Source: Octopus bimaculoides
Taxonomy: Eukaryota
Reading direction: 5' to 3'
Assembly (NCBI RefSeq): GCF_001194135.2
Contig: NC_068993.1
Span: 46,667,743 to 46,731,742, forward strand
DNA: 64,000 bases
Part shown: one piece after another, positions 25,056-39,049 of the stretch
How positions within the stretch are numbered: the first letter of the stretch is position 1
How the letters are laid out: every line of letters begins with the position of its first letter
Position numbers and translations under genes: made by a program
Notes under the pieces: generated by a model
What the model saw: the letters and a program-made list of their open reading frames with translations, nothing else
Databases searched by the model: none
Told to the model about the DNA's origin: nothing

Positions 25056-26435
25056 TGTATGTAATGTATGTATGTAATGTATGTATGTATGTATGTGTAT
25101 ATTTGTGGCTCTTTTATTAACATTATGGGATAGGCATAGGAGTGTCTTCTACTATAGCCTCGGGCCGACCAAAGCCTTGTGAGTGGATTTGGTAGACGGA
25201 AACTGAAAGAAGCCTGTCGTATATATGTATATATATATATGTATGTGTTTGTGTGTCTATGTTTATCCCCACAACGTCGCTTGACAACCGATGCTGGTGT
25301 GTATTCGTCCCCGTAACTTAGCAGTTCAGCAAAAGAGACCGATAGAATAAGTACTAGGCTTACAAAGAATAAGTCCTGGGGTCGATTTGCTCGACTAAAG
25401 GCGGTGCTCCAGCATGGCCACAGTCAAAAGACTGAAACAAGTAAAAGAGTTGTAAACGAGGGTCACTCTCATATGAACAGTGTTGTTCATTTCCAATGTT
25501 CTGCAAAAAACATACTTGGCCATGGGGTAAATATTATTCGACTTGGAAATGGGTGGGAGTTGGTGACAAGAAAGACATCTAACCCTAGAAATTCTACCAT
25601 GCATGTACAAAAAACTGGACATTAAATCCATGATAAAGATTTTACACCTAAGGTGTTGGATATGTGTGGTTTATTGTCATTACTTCTAAGTGTTTGCTTT
25701 AAGGGTTGTCTCTTTTACTTTTTATTTCAGTTTTTAGACTGTGGCCATGCTGGGGCACTGTCTTGTAGAATTTTTTAGACGAATAAATTGACCGCAGTAT
25801 TCTTTTTGTTCTTTTACTTGTTTCGGTCTTTTGACTGTGGCCATGCTGGAGCACCACCTTTAATTGAACAAATCAACCCCAGGACTTATTTTTGTAAATC
25901 TAGTACTTATTCAATTGGTACTTATTCAATTGGTCTCTAAGTATGTAAACACACCAACATCAGTTGTCAAGCAATGGTGGGAGGGGGGGGGCAGACTCAC
26001 ACACACACACACACACGGGCTTCTTTCAGTTTCCGTCTACCAAATCCACTCACAAGGCTTTGGTCGGCCTAAAGCTATAATAGAAGACACTTGCCCAAGG
26101 TTCCGCATGGTTGGGAGGCAAGCTACTTACCACATAGCCACGCCTGTGTTTGATCTTTTTATACCAAATGAGGACTTTGTTCTGAGACAGCAGTTTGTGA
26201 CCAGAAATGTAACTGTTACAAGGAGTAATTGAAACTGGGTTTTTTTTTTTTGAACTTTGCTTTATTTTGGTGTGTGATGATGATGCATGTTATTGTCAAG
26301 TCAGCTATCTGGGTGTGGTTGGGTTTTTGGACTTTTATTTCTCTTTCTTCTCCTTTCTCATAAAATGCAATGCTTCACAACCTCTTTTGAATTGGCCTTT
26401 GTATGTATATATATATATGTATGTGAGTGTGTGTG

Positions 26436-26524
<89 letters not shown>

Positions 26525-27299
26525 GAATAATGTATATATAGAGAGAGGGTGGGTGGGAGCTAAGTGTGGTTGTGTGATTTAGAAGTATGCTTCTTAATCA
26601 TATGGATTTTGGGTGTGAAACACCTCAGGCATTTGTCTTCTATGCGCTTGGGCCAACCAAAGCCTTGTGACTGAATTTGGTGGGTAGAAACTGAAAGAAG
26701 CCTGTTGCGTGTATGTTTCCTTTTCTTAACATATGACAGTTGTTATGAGTGTCACAGTAACATATGCAGTGTCCTTCGTTCCTTATATTTCATAAAAAAC
26801 ATATCTAGTGCCTTAGGGGAATATTATCTTGCTTGGAAACTTGAGAGATTGTGACAAGAAGGTTATCCAGTCATAGAAAATTTGCCTCAATGAATTCCAT
26901 GTAACTTATGAAAGCATAGTATAGTGGACATTAAATGATGGTTATGATAACTCTCCCCAACTGAAGTAGCCATGTATCTCATTCACTGTGAGACACCTAT
27001 TTCTGTCACTCTTCACATTCTAATCTTTTATTACTGGCAACACAAACCTACCTCCCTCAATATCACTTCACCCCTCAGTCGAAGGGTGTCTTGTCTTGCA
27101 AGTTACTTGGTGACCTCACTGCTCCTGGTGCCATGAAAAAAGTGCCCAGTACTCTGTGAAAGTGGTTGGCATTAGGAAGGATATTCAGCTATAGAAACCA
27201 TACCAAAGTGGACAGCAGAGCTAGGTGCAGTCCTCTGGCTTGCCATCTTCTGTCAAGCTGTCCAATCCATGCCAACATTGGAAGAAAGCATTAAATAAT

Positions 27300-27340
<41 letters not shown>

Positions 27341-28108
27341 ACTGAAGTAACTGTTCCTGATTAAAGTGGATAAGGGTAAAATTTCTTTCGTTAGATTTTT
27401 TTTTATAAAGTGTTGTAAAATTATTTTTGTTTTGATGTCAAGGTGTGATTTGAGGGAGATTTGGTTTCTATTTCTGGCTGGCTGAATAATCACATGGGCT
27501 TCTGCATTTGTTTAACATTCTAGTGTTTTTATAACTAATGCCTCTATTGTCAGTAATCTTGTGTCTGACATGAGTGTAGTATCATTTCTGTGTTTTGGCA
27601 CAGTACTATATTAGTTTAGTAATAGTTCCATGTTTCTTATATTTAATAGCTGAGGGTTTTAAAAGTTATTTTGTAATAGATATTATGAAATTAGCCTAAG
27701 TAGGGTTTTAAGTTGTGTTGGAATCCACAAAGTATGTGTTTATGTATGTGTACATCATCATCATCATCATAATCATTTAGTGTCTGCTTTCCATGCCGGG
27801 ATGGGTTAGATGGTTTGGCTGAAACTGGTAAGCCAGAAGGCTGCACCAAGTTCCCGTTTGATTTGGCATGGTTTCTGCTGCTGGATGCTCTTCCTAACAC
27901 CAACCACTCCAAGAGTGTAATGGGTGCTTTTTACATGCCACGAACATGGGTGCTTTTATGCGCTACTGGCATGGGTGCCAGTAATGCGACCCTGGCATCA
28001 ACCACGATTATGAGTTCACTTGGCTTGATGAGTCTTCTCAAGCACAGCATAATGCCAAAGGTCTCAGTCACTTGTCATTACCTCCGTGAGGCCCAACATT
28101 CGAAGATC

Positions 28109-28150
<42 letters not shown>

Positions 28151-28154
28151 TACA

Positions 28155-28185
<31 letters not shown>

Positions 28186-29168
28186 TATATATATATACAC
28201 ACACTGTTGTCATAACCTATAAAATTCCAGTATGTGTGTGTGTGCATATTTCTATATACTTACACATATAATGCATGGTATTTCTAAGCTCTGGTGGTGT
28301 GATGACATGAATGGTGATGAACCACTGGTGGTACACGTAACAGNNNNNNNNNNNNNNNNNNNNNNNNNNNNNNNNNNNNNNNNNNNNNNNNNNNNNNNNN
28401 NNNNNNNNNNNNNNNNNNNNNNNNNNNNNNNNNNNNNNNNNNNNNNNNNNNNNNNNNNNNNNNNNNNNNNNNNNNNNNNNNNNNNNNNNNNNNNNNNNNN
28501 NNNNNNNNNNNNNNNNNNNNNNNNNNNNNNNNNNNNNNNNNNNNNNNNNNNNNNNNNNNNNNNNNNNNNNNNNNNNNNNNNNNNNNNNNNNNNNNNNNNN
28601 NNNNNNNNNNNNNNNNNNNNNNNNNNNNNNNNNNNNNNNNNNNNNNNNNNNNNNNNNNNNNNNNNNNNNNNNNNNNNNNNNNNNNNNNNNNNNNNNNNNN
28701 NNNNNNNNNNNNNNNNNNNNNNNNNNNNNNNNNNNNNNNNNNNNNNNNNNNNNNNNNNNNNNNNNNNNNNNNNNNNNNNNNNNNNNNNNNNNNNNNNNNN
28801 NNNNNNNNNNNNNNNNNNNNNNNNNNNNNNNNNNNNNNNNNNNNNNNNNNNNNNNNNNNNNNNNNNNNNNNNNNNNNNNNNNNNNNNNNNNNNNNNNNNN
28901 NNNNNNNNNNNNNNNNNNNNNNNNNNNNNNNNNNNNNNNNNNNNNNNNNNNNNNNNNNNNNNNNNNNNNNNNNNNNNNNNNNNNNNNNNNNNNNNNNNNN
29001 NNNNNNNNNNNNNNNNNNNNNNNNNNNNNNNNNNNNNNNNNNNNNNNNNNNNNNNNNNNNNNNNNNNNNNNNNNNNNNNNNNNNNNNNNNNNNNNNNNNN
29101 NNNNNNNNNNNNNNNNNNNNNNNNNNNNNNNNNNNNNNNNNNNNNNNNNNNNNNNNNNNNNNNNNNNN

Positions 29169-29206
<38 letters not shown>

Positions 29207-29259
29207 TATATGTGTGTGTGTATACGTTTATATATACGTATGTGTTTATTTATACACAT

Positions 29260-29291
<32 letters not shown>

Positions 29292-29615
29292 TTAGCCATC
29301 TGTAGGTCATACTTTATGTAAGTACCTTGTAACTATATATTCTTTTTTTAAAACATAATGTTCAGAAAATACCATTTATAGACAAATACCACAGTTAATT
29401 TTCCTTTTCACAATGTGTTTACATTAAGTATCATACATGCTTACCTATCTTAACTTAGCACTGCTTCCGTTGCATATAATGGATTTTTATTCAGCCAGAC
29501 AGCTAATTCCAACACCAGTGATTGTTCAGTCACATTTTCACCATTCTTTTTATATCAGTAGGTATTTATATTATGATACATAGATGGCTATTTTAATCTA
29601 ATGCTGCTTATGTTG

Positions 29616-29674
<59 letters not shown>

Positions 29675-30806
29675 CACACATATACACACACACACACACC
29701 TCTTTGTCTGTCTCTCTGTTTGTTTCACTCTCTATACCACTGTCTGATTGGATTATAGCCTGGTCGTCTTAAAATAACCTATTCTTACAAGCATAGACTT
29801 TGCTAGATTTGAACTAGAAACCCCTATTCTTTATACAATGTTGTTGCAGTAGTCTGAATCAGTATATCATGTTCGCATAAGTATCAATATTTTAGTACAA
29901 AAACAGATATTAGCAAGACAAGTTGATTATCAGGATGTTGTTTAATCATTAAAAGAAGAAAAAAATTGTGACAGTATTTAGCAATAAACAAAAGGAGTGG
30001 CTGTGTCGTAAGTAGCTTGCTTACCAACCATATGGTTCCAGGTTCAGTCCCACTACATGGCACTTTGGGCAAGTGTCTTCTACTATAGCCTCGGGCCGAC
30101 AGATGCTGGTGTGTTTACGTCCCTGTAACCTAGCGGTTCGGCAAAAGAGACCGATAGAATAAGTACTAGGCTTACAAAGAATAAAGGGTCGATTTGTTTG
30201 ACTAAAGGTGGTGCTCCAGCATGGCCGCAGTCAAATGACTGAAACACGTAAAAAGAGTAAAAAGAGAAAGAGTATGTACTGGGGTTGATTTAATCAGCTG
30301 TATTCTTCCCCCTGAAATGTTCCTGCTTCTACAGCAGTTATTCTGAACCATTTTTTTTGCCTATGGATTTCTCTTTTGATCTCGTAGGAGGATCCATATA
30401 GTCAATTGATGTATAAAAATTATATTTCTATGATTAGATATTATTAGTTGTATAAAAAAATGTTTAAATGTTTTGTGCATTGTAGAAAATATAAGCAATT
30501 TATTGCACATAAATTTTAACAACAAAATCTTATATGGACCCTGGTTGAGAAGTACTGTTCTACTGGGTTGTTCGATTGGTAGAAATATCAGCCAAATCTC
30601 CCTCAAATCACACCCTCTTTACTTGTTTCAGTCATTTGACTGTGGCCATGCTGGAGCACCGCCTTTAGTCGAGCAAATCGACCCCAGGACTTATTCTTTG
30701 TAAGCCTAGTACTTATTCTATTGGTCTCTTTTGCCGAACCACTAAGTTATGGGTACATAAGCACACCGGCATCGGTTGTCAAGCAATGCTAGGGGGACAA
30801 ACACAG

Positions 30807-30839
<33 letters not shown>

Positions 30840-31341
30840 CATATATACGATGGGCTTTTTTCAGTTTCCGTCTACCATATCCATTCACAAGGCTTTGGTC
30901 GGCCTGAGGCTATAGTAGAAGACACTTGCCCAAAATGCCACGCAGTGGGACTGAACCCGGAACCATATGGTTGGTAAGCAAGCTACTTACCACACTGCCA
31001 CATGTAAAAAAAAAAGACACATTGGATAATGAAGTCCTTCATCAGCCAAAAGCTGGGATACCGTTGATGAACCTGATTAGGTGTTGCTCAAGGGTTATTA
31101 CAGTTACAAAATAAGGCAACTCTGTCATAATCCTTATAATTTTACATTCACTTTCCATGCTGGGAGGCTTTTATGATATAGTGTCGGAAGTGGTAAAGCA
31201 TAAGGCTAAATACAAACCATGTGGTTTTGAGTTCAGTCCCACTGCACAGCATTTTAGACAAGTTTTTCCTACTGTAGTCCCAAGCCGACCAGTGCCTTAT
31301 GGATGAATTTGGTATACGGAAACTATGAGGAATCCCATCAT

Positions 31342-31380
<39 letters not shown>

Positions 31381-31965
31381 TGTCACCCCCATTTGACAAC
31401 CAGTGCTGGTTTGTTTACATTCGTATAATTTAGTGATTCAGTGAAAGAGACTGCCAGAACATGTAAGTCCTGGGGTTGAAAGAAGTAAAAGATAAGATAA
31501 AAATTCATAATACTAAAACAAAGCTACTTTTATATTGTTGCTCACCATCCTAGAAATAGCAGTTGAATCTCCAACTTAGACCACGTTATCTTGAAGAATG
31601 GAAAGACACTTTGGTGTATTGCGGTATGTGTATTTTATCTGAAAAAATGTTAAGATGGCCATGGCTGGAATGGCTTTGATCATAGGATTAATGGATCAGG
31701 GTGTTGACCTAGAGTTAAACAGCAGCAACAACAAAAGTACTCTCCATTTCCATAACTCCACCCCCATACCACCTGTTTCACTTTCTTTTTTCTGTTACCA
31801 AATGTAATTTAAGAGTAAAAAATAAAGAAATGTTCCACTGCCAATAAATGTAGAATAAACAAATGTAAATAAATGAAAATACGCCCAATTTAATTAACGG
31901 CACTGTTGCACACCTGCCGGAAAACCTCCGCCACTGTACAGGTGCGTTATGTTTTTTCCAAACAG

Positions 31966-32193
31966 AGAGACAAAAGTCCCGAGCCACTGGAGATTCAGCT
32001 GCCAAACATCGAACTCAGTGGCAACCCGTCTGCATTCTCGGTGTTTGCAAACGTCCGTTACTCGGTATTGGAACACTGTATCAAGGAGGCAGCATGGATG
32101 TTTCACCAGGTGAATGGTGTGCCGACGTCAGACTCAGAGGAGGAAGAAAGCGAAGACATTGTAAAAGATGGCCAGTTACTTCAGATACCAAAG
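31966..32193 (+). CDS. MYCBP2: MYCBP2 first detected coding exon ([24 protein letters not shown]...LQIPK)
   Basis: Acceptor gttttttccaaacag, donor AAG|gtttgt, 228 nt, phase 0/0. An alternative in-frame acceptor at 31942 is possible. Confidence 0.9.
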
Positions 32194-33196
32194 GTTTGTG
32201 TAATGTAGCTATTTGTTTCTCTTACTGTGTGTGTTTGTGGATGGTTGTCTTTGTGTGTGTGTGTCGATGGTTGTCTTTGTGTGTGTGTGTGTGTGTGTGT
32301 GTCGATGGTTGTCTTTNNNNNNNNNNNNNNNNNNNNNNNNNNNNNNNNNNNNNNNNNNNNNNNNNNNNNNNNNNNNNNNNNNNNNNNNNNNNNNNNNNNN
32401 NNNNNNNNNNNNNNNNNNNNNNNNNNNNNNNNNNNNNNNNNNNNNNNNNNNNNNNNNNNNNNNNNNNNNNNNNNNNNNNNNNNNNNNNNNNNNNNNNNNN
32501 NNNNNNNNNNNNNNNNNNNNNNNNNNNNNNNNNNNNNNNNNNNNNNNNNNNNNNNNNNNNNNNNNNNNNNNNNNNNNNNNNNNNNNNNNNNNNNNNNNNN
32601 NNNNNNNNNNNNNNNNNNNNNNNNNNNNNNNNNNNNNNNNNNNNNNNNNNNNNNNNNNNNNNNNNNNNCTTTGTGTGTGTGTGTCAATGATTGTCTTTGT
32701 GTGTGTGTGTCAATGATTGTCTTTGTGTGTGTGTGTCGATGGTTGTCTTTGTGTGTGTGTGTGTGTGTGTCGATGGTTGTCTTTGTGTGTGTGTCGATGG
32801 TTGCCTGTGCGCATATGTCGATGGTTGCCTGTGCGCATGTGTCAATGGTTGCCTGTGCGCATGTGTCAATGGTTGCCTGTGCATACTAGTCATTGTAGTA
32901 TGTACAGTGTAGTAAACTTGTAATTTAAACATTAAATACATTGTCACTGTCTTTCCAAATCTTGCTGCATTTCACGTGGAATATTTAATCTGCTGAAGGT
33001 GCCTTGGTGTATAAGTTGACTGACCATTTTTTGGCTGTAAATGTTGGTCTGAGATACAGTGAACTGGAACCCTCCATCTTAATTTCAGTGTTAATTTATG
33101 TTTAAAGCACCAGCTTGTTTATGACAATGTTATTTTTCTGGATTCTTCATTCTAAAAATTAATTCAACTAAAAGGAAGCATATTTTTGCAGAAATG

Positions 33197-33227
<31 letters not shown>

Positions 33228-35151
33228 TGTCATCATTGCTATCATTATCATCACCATCAACATCACTGGCACCAACATCATTATCATCATCATTTCAGCT
33301 TGTTGTTTTTCTTCAATTTCAGATTGTTGGTATGGGTCTCAATGTGGTGTTTGAATTGGTGCGAGAAACTCAGAAACAATATCCAGAACTTTGTGTGAAG
33401 GCTTTAAAAGCTCTTCTGGACCTTCTGCAAGGACAGTTACCAGAAAGCATGAAAGGAGAACCAGCAGAAGTTTTAGGTTAACTATAGACTTCTTTTTTTT
33501 TCTTTTCCTTTTCTTTTTCTTTTTTCATATTGCATTTTAGCCCTTGTTGCTGATCATGTGGTTAAGAACAGGCAGACCTACACAATTCGCTGTAGATCTA
33601 TCCATGACAACCTTCAAACGTGCAGTACATTGCAGAGTAGGTTGACTCCAGTGAAGCTGTTACCGGCATAGATTAATCTTAATCCTTTGATAGGGATTTA
33701 TCATCAATATTTGGTGGCTTCCCTCCCCTCCTGCTGCTGCTGCTTCTATGTGTTAAAGTACATTACAGCCAGACTTCACTTGTGTGGGAATATGGCTCAG
33801 TAGCATGTACCATAGTTTTGATAATTGCTTCAAATATCTATGTATTCATGAGCAGACATGGACATTCTCTTGGCCACCTCACTCTTTAGCAGTTGGAACA
33901 TTCCAGATGTCACATCTGAGAAAGAGAGAGAGAGAGAGCTGCACTAGTACTGCAGTTAGTGCTCATTTACTGCCGAATATTCGTCGTTTAACATCCGCCT
34001 TCCATGCTAGCATGGGTTGGACAATTTGACTGAGGACTGGTGAACCAGTAGGCTGCACCAGACTCCAATCTGATCTGGCAGTTTCTACAGCTGGATGCCC
34101 TTCCTAACTCCAACCACTCTGAGAGTGTAGTGGATGCTTTTCGTGCCACCGGCACGAGGGCCAGTCAGGCGGTACTGGCAACGGCCATGTCCAAAATGGT
34201 GTTTTTTACGTGCCACCTGCACAAGAGCCAGTCCAGTGGCACTGGCAACGACCTTGCTTAGATGTTTCTTCATGTGCCACCAGCACAAGTGCCAGTAAGG
34301 CAGCCTGGAGCAAAATGAAACAAAGTGCCTTGCTCAAGGACACAATGAACCGGCCAGTCCAGTAGTTAGAACCCATCACCTTATGAACATAAGCTGGAAC
34401 ATCCTAACTCCTTAACCATGCACCTTCATATATACAATTCAAAATAATGTTTTTCTCTTTCTTTTTTTTTTTCTAACTTTTATTTTTCTCTTTTCTGTTT
34501 CCAGATGGAATGTTTCAACTGATGATGGATCTAACGACAGGTCAAGGCTTGAATAACATCTCATTAGAGCTTAGCAACACATTGACGTCGCTTGCCTGTG
34601 CAGCACTCATCAGTTTGGTGATTGCATGGGGCGATACTGGCAAGTACCTTTCTGCCATCGGCGTCATGCTCATGAACACGAATCCAGTGTGTGGTCAAAC
34701 AATTCCGGTGAGTGTTTATTAATTTGAATACTTTAATAGCGGAAATCGCTGGCAGTAGAGTATGATTCTTCTTTTCTTTCCTTTTTTTTTTTTTTTTTTT
34801 TNNNNNNNNNNNNNNNNNNNNNNNNNNNNNNNNNNNNNNNNNNNNNGCTAATTCTAGCAGGTTGCATAATCATATAGTCACTTGCTGGCTTGTCTTTTGA
34901 ATGGTTCCAGAATTCTTTAAGCCATTTTTGTTCTTGTGTGTTGTCTCTTCAAATAAAACCAATCTGCTTCTCGATATATCCTTATCTTTCTGCTTCACTC
35001 TTTCTCTCTGTATATATCTATTACTCTCTTCCCATATATATATATATATATATATATGGAAAATATAAGTTGCACCTCAGTTTACTGATAAAATCAGATG
35101 CAAAATAGTGATTTATACACAGGTAAATACAGTATGTAATGTGTGGGTGTG

Positions 35152-35238
<87 letters not shown>

Positions 35239-38200
35239 ACACACATATTACATACACACTGTATTTATCTGTGTATAAATCACACTATTTTACACTGAAT
35301 TTTATCTACAAGCTGGGGTGTAACTTATACATGGGGAAAGCTAAAACTATGAAGGAAAGAAAATTTTGTACCAAACTTTTACATTAAACTAGCAGGTGAG
35401 ACAGATTATTTATTTGTGTATAAGTCTCAGCTGTAGAGACAAATGAACAAATAAACACACACTTGCACATATCTTTCTGTCTCTCATGTCCTACCAACCT
35501 CTCTCACTTTGCGATTTTATTTTACCATGTTTTTCCTTTGCAGGTATCTAACATTCTTACCTCCCTACAAAAGAGTGTTCATGCTGTGTTACACGGTAAA
35601 GCACAATTACCAGAATGGTTGAGTCAAGGTGTAAAAGTTAAGGCATTGGCTGCTTCTTTCAAATTAGACAGTGTGTCTCGACAGAAGATTTCTGGTAAGT
35701 TCTTTTTATTAAACTCTGGTATGTAGAAGCAATAACAATAACATCACCATTGGCTTCAACTACAGCCTCCAGACGACTTCAGAATCTCCTGGACAGTCTC
35801 CTTGTTTAAGATGGTTAATGATGCCATAATCCTTGCCTTCAGTTCATCTTTGGTGTTACAAGGAGTTTTGTTGGTATCTTGCTCAACTGCGCCCCACACA
35901 TAATAATCAAGGGTTTGCAGTCTGTGGAGTTATGTGGCCAGATGTTAGGGCTGATTTAGTCATAGAAATTGTCTGACAGCTATGACTGGGTTCTCCTGCT
36001 TGTGTGGCATGGTGCAGAGTCCTATTGTCAGACATAGGGTCTTCCAGCAGTTACCCTCTTGACCCAAGGCAGCACTATCTCCTCCAGGCACTTGATGTAG
36101 GCCTCCATGTTGAGTCTGAGATTGTGTGGGAGGATGAATGGAGGCACAACATCGCCATCATTAGTGATCGCTCCAGATACCATGATGTTGACTGGATGTT
36201 TCATTTTTATCATTTTTGGTGATTGATTTGGGGACAAGGCAAGCCAACAGTTGTTCTGTGTGTTTGCCATCTGTTGCTGGCAGAAATTTTTCATGTCTGA
36301 GAAAAACCAAAGCATGTTCGGTTGGAGGGGATGCTTGAGTTTGTTCAAAAGCTTCAAAGTGTGGTCTTTCCTGTTGTCCTTGATGTCTTTGCATAAGAAT
36401 TGACCCTTTCTCATCTTGTAATAGGAATACTGAATGTCTTCATGCACTACATTCCTGATAAGAAACTCAGACACTCCCATATCTCAAGCAATGGACCTAA
36501 TTGGCTTGGTGGGATCGTTGTCAATCATGACCTGGATCTCAGCAACAAATTCAGGAGTCTTTTCTTATCAGAATGATTAGAGTGAGTTTTCCAAGCTGCC
36601 GTACCTTCGTATTCACTATTAGACTCCTCCAACTCTTTCCAAATTCTCTGCATTGTCTTCAGATTGACACCCTAACACTCTGAAATGTTTGTATTGGAGC
36701 TTCTGTCATGAATGCCAAACAGTACAGCATGTTGTTTCCAAATTTCTGGCAGAGTGGATTGTGTCCTGGTGCTGTTTTTCTCCCAACTGATCCTACTATA
36801 CTTTGTAGTCGACAAAATCAATAACAAACAATGCCTGAATTTAAAGATATAAAATAGTGACAATTTACCCATCACCCCCTGTATATATTCATACACCCCC
36901 CCCCCCCCCNNNNNNNNNNNNNCACATATATATATGTGAGAATATACGAAAAAACAACAACAGATGAGGACAGGTGGTGTAAATAACAAAAGGATGTATT
37001 AGTATGACGCTCAGAGAGAGAGAGAGGAGTAAATGAACAAATGAAAGGAGGTAGCCCTCAACACATTCAGTTGGGGTTACGTGTATTTGGTAAGTTTCAC
37101 TCAGTGCTACATGACTTAAAGTTTTGTGGACATATATGACATGTCCAACTCGTCAGATGTTTGGAAGTGCCTAAATTAGGAAGTTATCATTGTAAGTAGT
37201 ATTAAGTCTGTTGAGACAGATGACACCTCTCACTTGCAGTGTCTTCGTGATTCTGACATGAAATATAAACTGTTTACCCTTCCTCCCTGAACTGCAGTTA
37301 AAGGCTGATGTGGCTATTATTAAAGGATGGGTCACAAGGAAATACCAACACCCAGTTTTCAGTGATTATATGCTGTTAATGAAAAACATTTTGTAGTTTG
37401 ATGTCAGTTCAGACACAATTCATCTATGATCAGAGTTGATCATAGGCATTTTGTCTATGATCATTTGACTTTGTGACCATCCTACCTGCAGCCATCCCGT
37501 TTGTGACCATCCCATTTGTGACCATCCCACCAGTTACCATCCTGCCTATGACCATCCAGCCTGTGAAAGTTCATGTTTCCCTAGATATTATTCATATATT
37601 TTTTTTTGTGTAAGAGGACAGGGTGTGGTTTGAGGGAGATATGGTTGGTATTTCTTGCTGGTCAAACAATCATATAAAAGCTGTTGGTGTGTGGTTATAA
37701 AAGGTGTGGCTGTTGAGTGATCAAACATTTATTCCTTTCTTCCTTCCCTCTTTCTCTCTCTACACACAATCTCTGTGGATATGAGTGTATGTATATTTAT
37801 AAACACACATTTTATATATGATATATATATATTGTATAATATGATTTACTATAATGTATTGTGATATACATATAATAATATTATGTATGTTTGTTTATTT
37901 CAGCTACATCACCTTGTGCCCTAGCCAGCGATGGCTGTTACCTTTATGTTCTTAATAAACAAGGTTTATCAAAAGTTGGTTCAGGATTTGGAGGCACAAT
38001 CAAGGTGAGGACATTTTGTTTTATGTAAATCCCTCCTCCTCCATCATATTTGTCATCTACCTATTGCCATGCATTGCTTTTGCTTGATGTCTTGGCATTA
38101 GCTGTGGTTGATGTGATACATGATCAATGTTTTTACATCCAGGAATCACAGCATCTCGTCTGACATTGTTGGGGCACATGCACCATAATAGGGGAAACTG

Positions 38201-39010
38201 GCAAACTTTGTTGTTGTGTGTGCCCGGCTTAGTTCTTTTAGTTGGATACTCTTCATATCACCAACCACTTTGCAGCAAATCATTTAACATCTGCTTTCCT
38301 TGCTTGCATGGGTTGGATGGTTTGACATGGAGCTGCCCAGACTCCAGTTGTCTGTTGTGGCATAGTTTCTATGGCTGGATGCCCTTCCTAATGCCAATCA
38401 CTTAATAGTGTACTGGGTGCTTTTTACTTGCCATATATTAAAGGATGATATATATAAAGGGGTGCTGAAAAGTTCCTGGCTTTGGGCAAAACAAAATACG
38501 AGAGGATCAGTTAATTATGATTTTATTGAACATATTCTCCTCTCAGATTCACACACTCATTGCAGTGGTCCTTCAGTTTTTTGTTAAGCCCTGTGAAAGA
38601 ACTTGGAAGGTCAGGCCTCCAACCAGGCCTTCTGTGATACCCTTAAATCCAGGAATTTTCCAACACACCCCTGTAGCTTTTTATAGTTTCCATACTGATA
38701 TGTAATTCATATGCCCAACTACTATATACGTGACATTCTGATCCCAGTTGCTACAAGAAACACATTCCAATCCCAGCTTCAACATATTTATAACATTTCA
38801 CTCCCTCTTATTACACATTGTACATTCTCTCTTCAATGCTTACATGTACACCACACTTGTGAAATTAAAGAACAACAAAAAACAAAAATAAAAGAATATT
38901 TACATCTTTTGTAGCAGCTATTTGGCAAAGTTTCTACAGCCGGATGCCCTTCCTAATGCCAACCACTCCGAGAGTGTAGTGGGTGCCTTTACGTGCCACT
39001 GGCACAGGGT

Positions 39011-39049
<39 letters not shown>

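Noticed and set aside
29445-29545. Minus-strand exon with strong donor GATAG|gtaagc (KNGENVTEQSLVLELAVWLNKNPLY..)
   Set aside because: The only long frame stops just before the donor and there is no credible acceptor.
32230-32880. CRISPR-like repeat-spacer array
   Set aside because: The spacers are only variable (GT)n tracts in a eukaryotic intron, with no unique spacers or cas genes.
33186-33398. Poly-His protein ORF
   Set aside because: It is a (CAT)n microsatellite read out of frame with the MYCBP2 exon; kept only as a possible cryptic-splice product.
36930-37015. Penelope-like terminal fragment (AACAACAGATGAGGACAGG..) as another ribozyme
   Set aside because: It is truncated by (GA)n and no CUGANGA/GAAA core is present.
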